A stretch of 64,000 nt of DNA from Phoronis australis (Eukaryota; Animalia; Phoronida): contig NMRA01000429.1 in NCBI GenBank assembly GCA_002633005.1, positions 1 to 64,000 of the forward strand, given 5' to 3'. The stretch's first letter is position 1; the number at the start of each line of letters is the position of its first letter. The notes below the pieces were generated by a model. It was not told the DNA's origin. It worked only from the letters and a program-made list of their open reading frames with translations, and made no database searches. Positions 12,562 through 25,131 of this stretch are shown in pieces. Made by a program: the position numbers and the translations under genes.

Positions 12562-15344
12562 ATCTGGTGGAGTGGAGAATAACTGAAAAGAACGATGAGA
12601 GTGTACTTTAATACTCCAAATGTCGACGTTACATATTAACTCTTATTTACCTTTTCGGTATGAGTGTAACATGAACGACATATGCACGTAAGGGGCAGTA
12701 AATCATTTTTTTTTAAACACGGTGTTATTATGTTTTTGAAATTCTTGAAACAAAGCAGGGAAAAATAAATCCAACACTTGTTAGATCGTGAACTTGTCAT
12801 GAGTTCAGAAATACATGACAAAGTATTTCATATTTAAAAATAAGATACGTCTTCACACATATCCACTGTAAAGAGTCTCTCATTGTGAACACATTTTCAA
12901 AAAATTCTCAATAATTTGTTTTAAACAGGATCACTCCACAGCTACTGCATTTATTGTATGAAAAATGTAAACACACACAAAACATGAAGTGACAAAGTTT
13001 ATTGAAAGGTCTATAAATTCGCCTTACATTATAAAAAGAATAAAATGATTGAGACGACATACAGTTGTGAAATTGGTTTTCAAATATTTTTTTGTAATAA
13101 AGTTTGAAGTTCGTTATTGCAGGAGAGACGAGTGGATCTACAAGTTGACAAAAGAAGCACGCCATCAAAAATGACACGTGGGAGTTCCGATAAAGCGCTT
13201 TTTCTGAAACGATTTTTTGCTGCCCCGCATTGTGAAATTGAATTGAATATTTTGTTTGTTAAAGGACAATGTTAGACACAGAAGAATGTGTTCGTGATTT
13301 TCGGTGAACGGAGGCGGAACTGTAATTTGAATGACGACATGAACCCGTGAAACGGCTCCCCGCGAGTTAGAAATATACAAGCCCGGTTTAATTTTGTCGT
13401 ATTTTTGAGTGCCATTAAACAAATTAAGCATCCATCATTTGCCAACCTAAAATGGCATACTTAGGCGCAAATCGAATCTTTTAAGAACCACAAAATAGAA
13501 AAAAAATTTATGACCCAAATTTTGGGGGAATAAGTTTTGAACGATTAGTCGCTTTTTCAATTGTTCCCGAAAAAGTACCAACGAGTGAAAATGCTATTGA
13601 CCTCACTTTGCTCCCAACAAATTTGTTTATCTAGACTCCTCTACGCTTGGAGTCATTACAAGGCATGCTAGTGATCACATGACCACGAAGCATGATTAGG
13701 GATGGTCTGTCGTCCCCAACCGTATTTTGCATTTACAATGCACGTTTTGTTTCCATTGTTGATTGCTCAACCAGCTGTCGCTAAAAACTATTGTTCGCAT
13801 GAAAAAACTGTTTTGACTACATCAACAAAACACGCTTTAATCATATCGAAACCGATACTAGGAAAACTGATGAGTCACGTCTTCGTCGGTTAGTTACTCA
13901 TCGATATGTATCACAGGATGTGGAAACGATTCTACGGCAGCGCCTTTAAGATTCCGAATACGGTCCTCTTGAACCACAGTTCCTGACTACTCGAATTTGG
14001 ACACCAGGTACGGCCGATGGAAATTGACTCTCGGGTTTGCTGGCCTAAAAAGAATGCGAGGATCGAAAGTGGAAGTTAGAGGAGAATTCGTGGAATCGTT
14101 TCCACTCCCTGTATAAGGAATTTTGCATGAAACCTGACTGTTTTCGAGGAGTACAAATCACAAATTTGTAACCAATCACTTTTATATCTTGTGTCAATGG
14201 AAATACGCACGCAGTGTCCAACTTTTTTGAAGATCAACAGAATCTAATGACAAAAAACGAAGAAATGTGGAATTGACATCAGTGTCAGAAAGTTCACGTA
14301 TTCAGATCACAGTCCACAATCAGAAACGATTAGCAGACAACAAGACATGTTCAATGATCATTTTAACGTCAATTGAATTTTCTGTGGATTTTCGTACTTG
14401 CATTGGACGACAGTACAAAAACCGTTTTTTTATCACAGGCACCCTAGTAAGCACCGTCAATTAAACTCGCAATCCCCAAAACTGACATCGCTTGCTTGAT
14501 TACGAAAAAGTTGTCAAGCCAGCGATAAAATAGTTGATAAAGCAGATTTACAAACCTGGGAATAGGCAAATTTGAGAAACACATCTGCTCCGATGCAGTG
14601 CAGCTGTTCGTCTGAAAAAACAACGCTAAGCGCGTCTTCAACTAGCCAATAAGTAATACCGTTTTAAGTCACGTGTGAAATAGTCGTGTTGTTTTCACCA
14701 AGGAGTCCTTGCTTTCACTGCAAAGGTGTGCCCGGTTTTCCCGCGTTTCTATCAAGCTATTATTCTCTTGTGCCCGCCGTTTAGTGAGAGCACGGACGAA
14801 GACAGGTACGCGCTTCAATTTAGTGAAAAAAGAAACGCTTATATTTCTGCTGCGATATGAACAGTCAGCATTTTCGCTTCGCGAAGGATAAAGGTATCCA
14901 TTTGCTGGGAATAACAGCACAGTGCAAGAACCTCAAAGTGTGCCGAAGTGTCGAGCTAAGCGCTTAGCATCGAAGGCCAATGAAAAATAATGATTGCATC
15001 ACCTGACGACAGGAAAGCTCTGTCGTTGGCCCATTCTTACCGAATGTTGGCCTACTATAATAACGTACTTGATTGTATAAAGTGGCTTTCGTCCCCGAAA
15101 CGTTCAAACGCAAATAGATGTTCAAGTAGCAAAATTAAAATATTGCCACTAGTACGTCTGCTTTAAAAATGTTACTTGAATATCTGTATTTGTTTATTTT
15201 GTGCAATGGTCTAAAATAATCATATATACATTTTCGGAAATATACCTTTTTATCTCAAGTGCTTCACAAATGCTTACCGGTACTCAGACTGTCGACTAAG
15301 GCATTCCTCAGAGGTCGATACCACTAGCGTATCCCCTTTTTAGT

Positions 15345-15763
15345 ACAGGGGGAATACGTAGATAAGCCCACACGATGACACACCTATGGACGTTTATTTG
15401 GAAGTATGCCAAATACACGCCCATGGGTGTTACAACTTGTGGTGCCAAGTGTCCTGACAGTGGGGTGTTTATTTGGAAATTTTCCTCTTAAAAGCCCACT
15501 CAGCGTCAACGTTTTGTCGCAAATTCAGTTTTGTGGAGCTTTTATCATTTATAAAAACGAACAAGGTGTTGACAAAGTATGCAAAAAATTAAAAATCCAG
15601 TTTTAAGTAAAACAGTGTCCAGTCAAGTAAAACTATGGCTTTCTGTTCACAAGACCCCTTTTCTGAATAAACGCCCGGGTGTTTAATTGGTGTACCTAAA
15701 ACGCCTGAAAATATTCATTTTTTGATAACACGCTCATGGGCTCATCTACGCAAATTCCTGGTA
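15345..15763. mobile_element. TA-flanked MITE with imperfect ~28-bp TIRs
   Basis: TACAGGGGGAATACGTAGATAAGCCCCA versus TGGGCTCATCTACGCAAATTCCTGGTA (reverse complement TACCAGGAATTTGCGTAGATGAGCCCA). Confidence 0.55.
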
Positions 15764-16174
15764 TTTAATAACCTGATGGTAGCATCGTTGTCCACAACAA
15801 ATTGTTTACGTATGTGACGACACCGCTTTGTTTGCTGTTCTAAGAAGAGCAACGCGGATCGTTGAAATGCGCCCATGAATGCAACGCAAATGGTGGCCTG
15901 AGAGCTATTCCGTGACAACAAACCTGTCTTGAACCCTTTCCGATTTGAGCCAAAAATCTTGTTGAATCACGTAAATCTCCTTTCGATATTTCACTACAGT
16001 TGGCTTGGAACTGGTCAAAGCTCTGTGTTGGTGCATACTTATAATTCTTTTATATTTCAAAGACATGTTTGGAAACAGAAAACTTTAGCGATTAAAAAAA
16101 AAAACGAAACTCTACGGTTGCATAGGCTGGCTTCCAAGATCGTTATGTTTTGAGTTAAGCTTTTTATGGAATTA

Positions 16175-16256
16175 TGACAGGTACAGTGTCTACAGCGGAT
16201 CTCGAACTCAGGTTGCACGAGCGATAGTCAAGCATCTTAACCATTCGGCCAAGGGG
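16175..16256 (-). mobile_element. tRNA-derived SINE head / tRNA pseudogene
   Basis: Minus strand TGGCCGAATGGTTAAG (A box) and GAGTTCGAGATCC (B box); no complete cloverleaf. Confidence 0.55.
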
Positions 16257-16604
16257 CAATTGCTGGTTAGCAAGCCACTTGAGAGACTTTATCTGACTGT
16301 ACACGTAGTCACAACCGGAAGTCACGCTTCAAAACAGTTTGAATATTTTGTTGTGTCTAAGAGCCTAAGAAGACTTAAATAATCTGTTCGTTCTTTTAAG
16401 ATGACGGTTGTCATTATTGGGTTGCAATTTACAGCAGATCACAGGCACCAATCTCAAGCCGAACACAGAAGGAGCTGCTTCACCCGTCTGTGCACCATTG
16501 CAGTCACCGACAGCATGAATCCAAAACCCTTCTGCCATTGCCCATCATCTGTACAACTAATTGTTAGACACTGAGGGTTTGCAGTATAAAATGATTACTT
16601 ACTT

Positions 16605-16924
16605 CAGTGGCGGATCTAGGATACCATAAGGGGGGGCCCAAGATGTTGCCTGGTTGCCTCGGGGAATTGGGCAAAGCGCGATTGTATGCACAGACGGCCC
16701 GAAAGTTGCGGGAGCTGACGATGTGGACCTGGTGTTGCTAAATTCTATCGGAGGACTAAAAAAATTAAAGAAATAAAAACCGGAACACGATTCCGCTGCG
16801 CCCTGCCTGCGCCCCGCTGGCACTCCAAATTGGTGCACTCGTTTCTTCGCACTGTTGCTACTGTTTCCTTTTCCCTGCAGCAGCCAAGGTGGGGGCCCTG
16901 GCCCCCCTCTTAAATCCACCTATG
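16605..16924. mobile_element. MITE, CAGTGGCGGATC family, 5-bp TSD
   Basis: CAGTGGCGGATCTAGG...TAAATCCACCTATG; perfect TSD TACTT at 16600-16604 and 16925-16929. Confidence 0.8.
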
Positions 16925-16939
16925 TACTTAGAAGCGTGG

Positions 16940-16997
16940 TAGGTTGGTTGCAGACGTTTCGACCTGGTCCGCCAGGTCTTTATCAATGACCAACCTA
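16940..16997 (-). ncRNA. Type I minimal hammerhead ribozyme (Penelope-like element type), U3-A8 core variant
   Basis: Minus strand: UAGGUUGGU-CA [UUGAUAA] A GACCUGG-cgga-CCAGGUC [GAAAC] GUC^ UG-ca-ACCAACCUA. Stem I is 2+9 bp with a 2-nt bulge, stem II is 7 bp, stem III is the palindrome ACGU, and there is a GUC cleavage triplet. Confidence 0.75.
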
Positions 16998-18368
16998 TTC
17001 TCCAGACACTGAGGGGTCACCACTTTCAACCCTCCTCCTATACCCAGTCTCTGACTTTGGAGATTGTTTGCTCATCACAGTTGTACACATTGCACCTTTA
17101 GTTGCAAGTTTTTTTGGTAAAAAATTGCATTTTGTTCTTGTCCATTGCACTACTCCAAAAAGTCCTATGACAAAACTGAATCACCAACTTCACCAAACTT
17201 CGTTTTGACTGAAAACATGATGCTTCTATTCGTTCTTCATTGCTTACACTTAAACTTACTTTTCAGCTGTCTGCTGCTCTGGCCAGGTATTTGAACATGT
17301 AGTCTCGTGGCTGAGAATCTGGCCTCTTGCACTCATGCACCCAGTTTCAGTCCGTAAGTACAATACTGCCAACAACCCCCTAATGTGGGTGACCAATATT
17401 AAGTTCTCCCCTATTGTAAGTGTTGTCTTGAAAGTGTGCCCCTGTTGACCCATTAAACTATTCCCTATCACTCGTTGTGTTTTGATGAAGTGCTGCACAG
17501 TAAGCACTGAAGGGTAATATCTCTGAACTGTTTTTAACACATGACTCTGGTTTCGTTTCAGTCCAGAGAACGCCCATTCTTGAGACGACATGTAATTTAC
17601 GTCTTAGTACTCCAAAGAGGTTTTATCTGTATCAGATTGTCATGCACTCTGCTATACGTGGAGACAATTTGCTCTAGAAATGGTCAAAACCTGAAAAATT
17701 TCTTCTTCCTTAATCATGTCCTTAAATGTTGTCTTTGCTAGTCCAAAATTTTATTGTATTGCTGTGCCATTAGGCCTATGGGCCTGTGCTCGGAATAGCG
17801 CCTTTTGTGGCCTTTTTTACCTAAGTGGTTCGCATATAAGCCCCGAGGTGTTGTCACCTGCAAAGGCCCATGATATACTTTGCGTAAAGGCACACCTGTT
17901 TAACTTTTTGTATGAATCTCTTTTCATGAGCACAATGTTCTTTGAAAAAGTATAACTCAGGAACATTTTCATTAGACTTCTTGTGATGTTCGAATTGACT
18001 TTTACAAATGCATGACGAATCTATCCCTGCTGAAAATTCAAGCCAAAACCCAATTAGAATTGTTAACTGAAGCGCAAGTTTCAATTACCCCATTCCCTGC
18101 CAACACAATAGAGAGCCAGCTGACTGGCCTGCCTCAGTTAAGATGGCATCATAAAATTCTCCAACTGAATAGGACTACTTGTGACCTTCTTTTTGACCTG
18201 GATTTTCATATGGAGGAACCAGAAACCTGTTACATGGTAGTTATATTGGCTGAGAATGAATTTTGTAGAAACGTTACATCCCAATAGGTTGGTTGCACTT
18301 ACATTGCAATTATTTTACAATAAATGAAATAATATGAAAGATAAGCAATATATCTAATCACACAAGTT

Positions 18369-21300
18369 TTTATTTTTAAAACATGCATACAAATAGATAT
18401 AACAGGAAAAAGGAAACAACTTTACCCAGAAAATAAACATCACTGTACAATACTCTAGTTTATAAAAAATTATACTGAGAACCTAGGGACAAAGTGAGAT
18501 CTGTTAAAAAATACACATCTGTAAATGCTGCCCATCAAAATATATAAATACCTCAACTTACATAATATACACATGTTTAGGTTATGAGCTTCCAAGTTAA
18601 CAAAATATGATCAACAAAATAGTTATTGTTGAAGGTAAAAACATACCAGTACCATTGTGATGATAGAAAAAATTATGCATACCTTTAATCGCATTTGTTT
18701 GGGACAAAATATGAGTACGAAATTTAAAATCAGCGCATATGTGAACAACGGCAACAACACCAACAACAAGGTAAAAACAGACCATTACAATTGTGATAAT
18801 AGAAGAAACCGATGCATATCTTTAATCACATTTGTTTTTAGCCAAAATATGCTTTTAAGGGGCCTTCAACATCAGGATGCAATACAGTAGAATGTAATAC
18901 ATGAAACAATAACTAGATACAGGTAACAAAGCAGCAATTAATAACAAGTTAAGGGTGAAATTTTGACCAGGAGAGATGAAATAAAGAGATGATACTAAAT
19001 AGTGAGGGCATGAACAATAATGAAAAATGACATAATTAAGAAAGGTAAAGTGTAAGAATGGCTAAGAAAATTACAGCCACTTTTTACTATTAAGTTTAAC
19101 AGTATGAATTGAATTGGGGCATTTAATTTCTGGGCCAAGAGAATTCTTTATTACAGCAGCAGCATAAATAAGAGATCTCTCCCCCCTCTCAGTTTTAATT
19201 TTTTCAAAACAAACATTACCAGCAAGTGAAGGTGTAAAGAATATAGCTTGACTGCTGCCAAATTTGTGGCCAAGATGTGTTGAAGCAAAGCCATCGACAC
19301 ATCTGTTACATGCAACAGGCAGAGAGTTATTTATTTCTTATTATTTTAATACAAAGTGAAACTTCACATTGCATCAACTTATATCAACATCAGAATTACT
19401 TAATAATCACTGAAACAAAGTATACACTAAACATCAGCATGGCATGTGCAGAGTGTACAATAAGTCTAAGTATTAATGAACTATGTACAATAATCTACTT
19501 TACAAAACCCTTTTAATATTATACAACACTTGTTTAAGATGAGAACAATTACAAAACTAACAGCAGCAACAAGTCAATGGCCTGGTCCTCAACATTAGAA
19601 ATGAACCAGAGGGCCAGACCAAAAAGAAATGAGCAAACCATGACACAAAAAATAAGCCTGGCAACTGCTTCACAAAACTCAACTATTAATAATGTTTGTA
19701 AAAATACAAGGGGAATTTAAGAGCATGACAGAATCCCTATTCAAAACAATATCAAATGGCGCTTGGAGAAGTCCCACCTACATCTCAGTGCAAAATATGA
19801 AAAAAATAGATTCCCTTTAGAGATGTCATGCCAAGGACATGGTGTGACATGCAGACAGACCTTTGTGAATACTATGTCTCCGACATCGTGCTATGAGCGA
19901 CAAAAATTATGCCAACGACTTTGTGTGACATACAGACGGAATGCCAAAGGTTTGGACTTAAAACTGCAAATTTCATAAAAATGAATGAAAAATTCACATA
20001 GCTTTCATTTACAAATTGAAGCAAAGTTTAAATAACGATGTTCATATACCACTTCTCTATAGCACAGCTCAACACCAACACCAAGCAAACAGCAAGGCAC
20101 TGCCGCAACCGGCAAAGTGGTTCTCAGAATTTTGCATGTTATATAGGACTATTGCAGGGGATTCAGCAGTTAACCCAATATGACAAGAACTGTGAACTGA
20201 CGTTTGTACCTGGCATTCTGTCCTCGCATTGCATTACTCCTTAAGTCTTCCTTAGCTACTTCTCGCATAAAAACATTCACGTATATTTTAATCCTTGTTT
20301 GGTCTCCATCTTGTGTTAAGTAGTTCACTGTGTTACCATTAAACAATGTTTTCCATTGGGAGGACACTCTTGCTTTGAGTCATCTGCGTTGTTTCCCTTT
20401 GACAAATCCACTGGCATACAAAGTTAGAGTTCATAACACGTACCCGACTTGTAGGGTGTAATGCATGTTGAAAATCCCATTTACTTTTCCTAAAAGGCAA
20501 GAATGAAACACAAAGTATACAGAAGGAAAATTATAAGTTAAATCAAATAAGACTGTAATTTTGTATTTTTTAATGTTAATGGTTTCATCACTTTTGAATG
20601 TAATTATTGAAGCCTATAAAAATCTAGGCAATGACCATCGCCTCTGCTGGCCCAACCTGGTTGGGTCAGCAGAGGTGATGGTCATTGCCAAATAAAAATC
20701 TATTCCGCGTAATCACACAAACACCCGACCCTCACAAAAATTTCCGCAACAATTCAGCTTAAAATCGAACTCTCAAAAAATCAGTCATTACGGGTTAGGT
20801 AAGGTAAATTACATCGCCGTGAATGCCGAGGAAGTTATGTAAAATCACGCCTGTAAATGAACACAGTCCATGGGACAGGAATCAAAAAAAAACTAATATC
20901 TGCCATGCTATTTTGCAAGTGTCACACGCGAGGTCACGCGCTCTCTAAGTCTCGCGCTTGTCCTTGCCTAACTCAATGGAAATAGTTTGTGGTTGTCGCG
21001 CGCGATGAAAAAATTAACGGCTACTAAAAAGTGGAATTCGAATTCTTCGCCATAATCATCTTACTTCAACAAACATGCTACATGGAAGATATGTACAGAA
21101 CCAGAAATGATCGCTGAAGAAACTAAGCGCTTTTTAAGTTAGCCAGCGGAGGGGCTACGGTAGGCCTACAGGTACTTACATGGGAGCAGGTTTGTGAGAA
21201 ACAATTGATACGGGGAAGGCCTGAAGGCTGTAATAAATTCACATAACAAAAATAGTAGACCTAACGCGCAAGAAGTAATACGTTAAAATGTGCACCATTC

Positions 21301-21450
21301 TCTGATCCTCTGTCACTGTGTACCTTAGTACTTACCTCTATTCCCTAAGCGCTTGAGCTTTGGGTAGTTGACCGTGTCGAAGTCGAGTCCACGTCTCTTT
21401 CGAGTTTCCGTGTCCAGGCCAGTCGGGAAACTTAACGAAACAGATTAGTG
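18369..21450 (-). other. Candidate spliced transcription unit without a long ORF (lncRNA or microprotein gene)
   Basis: CpG-rich promoter-like zone ~20700-22200; strong donor GAG|GTAAGT at 21336/21335; acceptor ccag at 20411 opening an exon-like block 20410-20210; CpG-poor, 3'UTR-like sequence ending near AATAAA at 18369-18374. Confidence 0.35.
20627..20689. repeat. 63-nt near-perfect palindrome (31-bp stem)
   Basis: GGCAATGACCATCGCCTCTGCTGGCCCAACC-T-GGTTGGGTCAGCAGAGGTGATGGTCATTGCC; the two mismatches are G-U pairs on the plus strand. Confidence 0.9.
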
Positions 21451-24400
21451 CTTACACGCTCATCCATGCACGGTCGGCGTCTGCCCTGTTGCCACTCGTA
21501 TCCACAGCTTGGCACTTCTCGCCTACTTTGAAAAAAATCCGCGATCGCAAACTACGCAGGCCTACTCAAACATCACTGGAAGTTCGACTGAAGCATGTGC
21601 GATTGTTTACTTCGGAAAATGACGACTGTATACCTACGCTTAAAAACAAGTTCCCAATTGCTATTCGTTTTAACAAAATAATTCTCCTTATTGTGTAATA
21701 TGTTATATACTGAAACTTGCGTTTTATTAAAACAAATTGATTGTGGTACATTTTGGCCTTTTGTTAGGAAATTATAAGCTGCCTCATGGCGGCGGATCAC
21801 AATATACCCTTTGTAAATTCTTGCGCTCTGCTCGTACACAAGGTGGTAAATTTTTATATTAATAAAAACTTTATTTTCTGGCCTAGAAAGAAAATTCAAA
21901 GTTCTAAAATGCTTAGATTTTCGCGAGGAATTCGGTTATGCAGGTAGATTTTTAAAATAAACTTTATTTTTTTTGCCAATAGTCGACAGGCACGTAGTTT
22001 TATGGCATAATGAGGTGTCATTAAAGGATTACGTACGTGACCAAGCAGGCCAGGCAGCTGGACTGAATTCAATGGGCTATTGTGATCGCATTAGCAAACT
22101 CCAACCGTCGGACGAAGGCCGTCCGACGGTCAATTTTCAGCTGGAAAGGGTTCCTCATGTTTTCAGTTTTCCAAGATAATGTTACAATTGAATCCCAGTC
22201 GTTTGCATACCGACGTACATAAGCTCATGGTTATGTGCAAACGGCCATTGTGCAGCAAGACGGTATCCCGATGAACAACATGACATTCAAATACCGAAGT
22301 CACCTGATTTAAAATCTGGTCAATCATGTTACAAGTGATAGGTCACCTAGGGGATAATGTTAATCATAGTTTAGGGTGATGAGCTTTTTTCTTCATGTGA
22401 TGTCAGTGTGTAGGTATCCTTTTTAGCAATGCAAAAACATTTTGAAAAGTTGATCAAAACGTAATTTTTAGTTCAATTATACTTTAATTTTGTGTTGTAC
22501 TTGAGTCGTTTTATTTGAAATCCTTGTACAACAATGTATCAAAATCAAGGCATCCTCCTTTTGGTGTTGTTTCAGCTACTGTTTCTTCTTAAGAAAACAA
22601 CAAATCATATTTCTGTCAGCCTTAATCAGTTGGATGCCTGTTGTTCAATGGATATCTAGTAGTATTCAAAATATTTGAAATTACTTGCAACATATTAACT
22701 ATGTAAGAGTTGTGTCTTATTTCCAAAAATTAGGCCTAGCCAGCCTCTGTAGACTATAGAAGATGGACCGCCACGTCCCTGTAAGTGTCACAGTCAATGC
22801 CGCAGTCCCTATTTCTGCCATAAGATAACCATATAAAAATACATGCTTGTCCATTAGCAAAGAGTGGCAAGAAGTTCCAGGATTTTATTTCCGTCTATCC
22901 TGGCCCATTGTGGCCATTCATTTAGACTGCATGTTTATAATCATATTGTCTTATTGTGTATTGTAGCAAACTGCCAAAATTATGCTCATCCAGATTCCAC
23001 ATTGATATAACGACTTCCATTTTCTCGTTGTACATGTAGATGTAATAGTGAAGACAGGGCATAGGTTCACTGTCCTGACATCTTTGAATGATCCACTTGA
23101 TCGAGTCATGAAAATATGCCCACTTTGCCACTGTGACTGTAATGCTTCAGGTTGACCATAACAGTACAATTTATGTGGTTTGCTGCTTCAAAGGGAGAAA
23201 ATACGCAAAATACTATGACGTGAACAGGGTGGGTCAAAATGACCGTAATGGGACAAGACGAGTCCCGTTATGTTCACCCTGGACTGTTATGGTCACCGTC
23301 GGAAATTGGATCGTTCTATGACGTCAGAACATTTGCCAACCTTCACAGTTGATCAGCCATCTTTTGATCACTTGATAAATGGTACAGTGAGATAAAACTC
23401 TTTAAATAACAGGTCTACCAGTGAAATCTATATTGACTTTTCCGTCTGTTATAGTTGATTATATTGAAAAATTACTTAAAGTGTCTTGCGGATAGCCAAA
23501 GATCGAGAAAAGAATTCAATCATAAAAGAGTGGTCAGAATTCATGCGAATTCTCTAGACGAGCTCACCAGTATCCTCAGGGTTTCCTTTGACACCACTTG
23601 AGCGGATGAAAAGATGCCTGCGGGTGACTTTCATTCTGCATAGGCTGAAAGAACTAAAATTCCTCCAAGACAAGTTTCCTGTATTAGGAAGGCTAGTGAG
23701 GTAGGTTTTTAATTAATATTGTATATTCATTAATTACAATAATAATCTGAAATTTTTGTTGTTTATTTGGTAGGACTTTGTTGAAGTAAAAAGTACTATT
23801 TTTATTTGCTTCAGGGATTTCCTACGGCTTCGAGCTTATGGCTCTACACGAAAGCCCCCGGCCAACAACGCCTTCGCCCTTCTGTGGACAAGTTGGCCAG
23901 TAGGTAAGGAGCTGGTCAAAATTATTGAAAACGTGTAGGCCTAAAACAGAAATCTGGAAATGAAATCTTGAAACTGAAGGAACGCATCAGCCCTCATATT
24001 GCGTCAATTAAATGTACACTTTTGTGTGGTCTTCAAATCAGCATCTATTTTGTAATTGTACAAACGTATAAAATTTTCTCCAGAAGTCTACCTTTTTACT
24101 CAAAAACACCATTTCACAAAAAACTGGGTTGTTATTCAAGGCCAATCAACGGTATNGGGGGGGGCTGAGCGCGCCACCCTGTCAACTCTTCTCCCTTAGC
24201 AGCTGCACTGAGCTATAGCTACCATAAGCCAGAGAAAAATGAAATAAAGCATTGAAAATGTGCCCAAGATACCCAGAAGCTTACTTCAAGCTTGAAAGCG
24301 AGAAATTTTCTGTCTGCATTACACGCCCCTTGAAAATGTTTCTCCTAAAAGAAAATAATGATAAATAACGATAACAACGGATTCCAAACTGACGGAATAC

Positions 24401-24583
24401 CCACCATTTGTGGTTAAGTAGGAGAAGGATACTTCCCTCCTTTGTTTCGACATGACGACTCTGCACCTTGAACTGCAGGGTTTGTGCTTTTCTTGCTGCA
24501 AATTTTGTGTTGAGGTATGTTTAGACGTATCTACGAACTTAACGAAGACGGTCACTGCATAGAGAGAGAGGGGGGCAGGGAGG

Positions 24584-25131
24584 NNNNNNNNNNNNNNNNN
24601 NNNNNNNNNNNNNNNNNNNNNNNNNNNNNNNNNNNNNNNNNNNNNNNNNNNNNNNNNNNNNNNNNNNNNNNNNNNNNNNNNNNNNNNNNNNNNNNNNNNN
24701 NNNNNNNNNNNNNNNNNNNNNNNNNNNNNNNNNNNNNNNNNNNNNNNNNNNNNNNNNNNNNNNNNNNNNNNNNNNNNNNNNNNNNNNNNNNNNNNNNNNN
24801 NNNNNNNNNNNNNNNNNNNNNNNNNNNNNNNNNNNNNNNNNNNNNNNNNNNNNNNNNNNNNNNNNNNNNNNNNNNNNNNNNNNNNNNNNNNNNNNNNNNN
24901 NNNNNNNNNNNNNNNNNNNNNNNNNNNNNNNNNNNNNNNNNNNNNNNNNNNNNNNNNNNNNNNNNNNNNNNNNNNNNNNNNNNNNNNNNNNNNNNNNNNN
25001 NNNNNNNNNNNNNNNNNNNNNNNNNNNNNNNNNNNNNNNNNNNNNNNNNNNNNNNNNNNNNNNNNNNNNNNNNNNNNNNNNNNNNNNNNNNNNNNNNNNN
25101 NNNNNNNNNNNNNNNNNNNNNNNNNNNNNNN
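24584..25131. other. Assembly gap (N-run) flanked by (GA)n microsatellite
   Basis: Run of N with AGAGAG tracts on both sides. Confidence 0.99.

Noticed and set aside
10623-12582. Plus-strand ORFs overlapping the TRIM gene
   Set aside because: Antisense shadows of a real CDS with no recognisable domains.
17256-17591. 111-aa minus-strand ORF
   Set aside because: No recognisable motif or phase-compatible link to neighbouring exons; length is compatible with chance.
17000-21500. Conserved miRNA or C/D snoRNA cluster in the candidate non-coding unit
   Set aside because: By-eye scan found no conserved bilaterian miRNA sequence and no properly spaced C/D box pair.
22104-22130. 11-bp GC-rich hairpin ACCGTCGGACG-aaggc-CGTCCGACGGT
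   Set aside because: Short and lacks a ribozyme core; probably transposon subterminal sequence.
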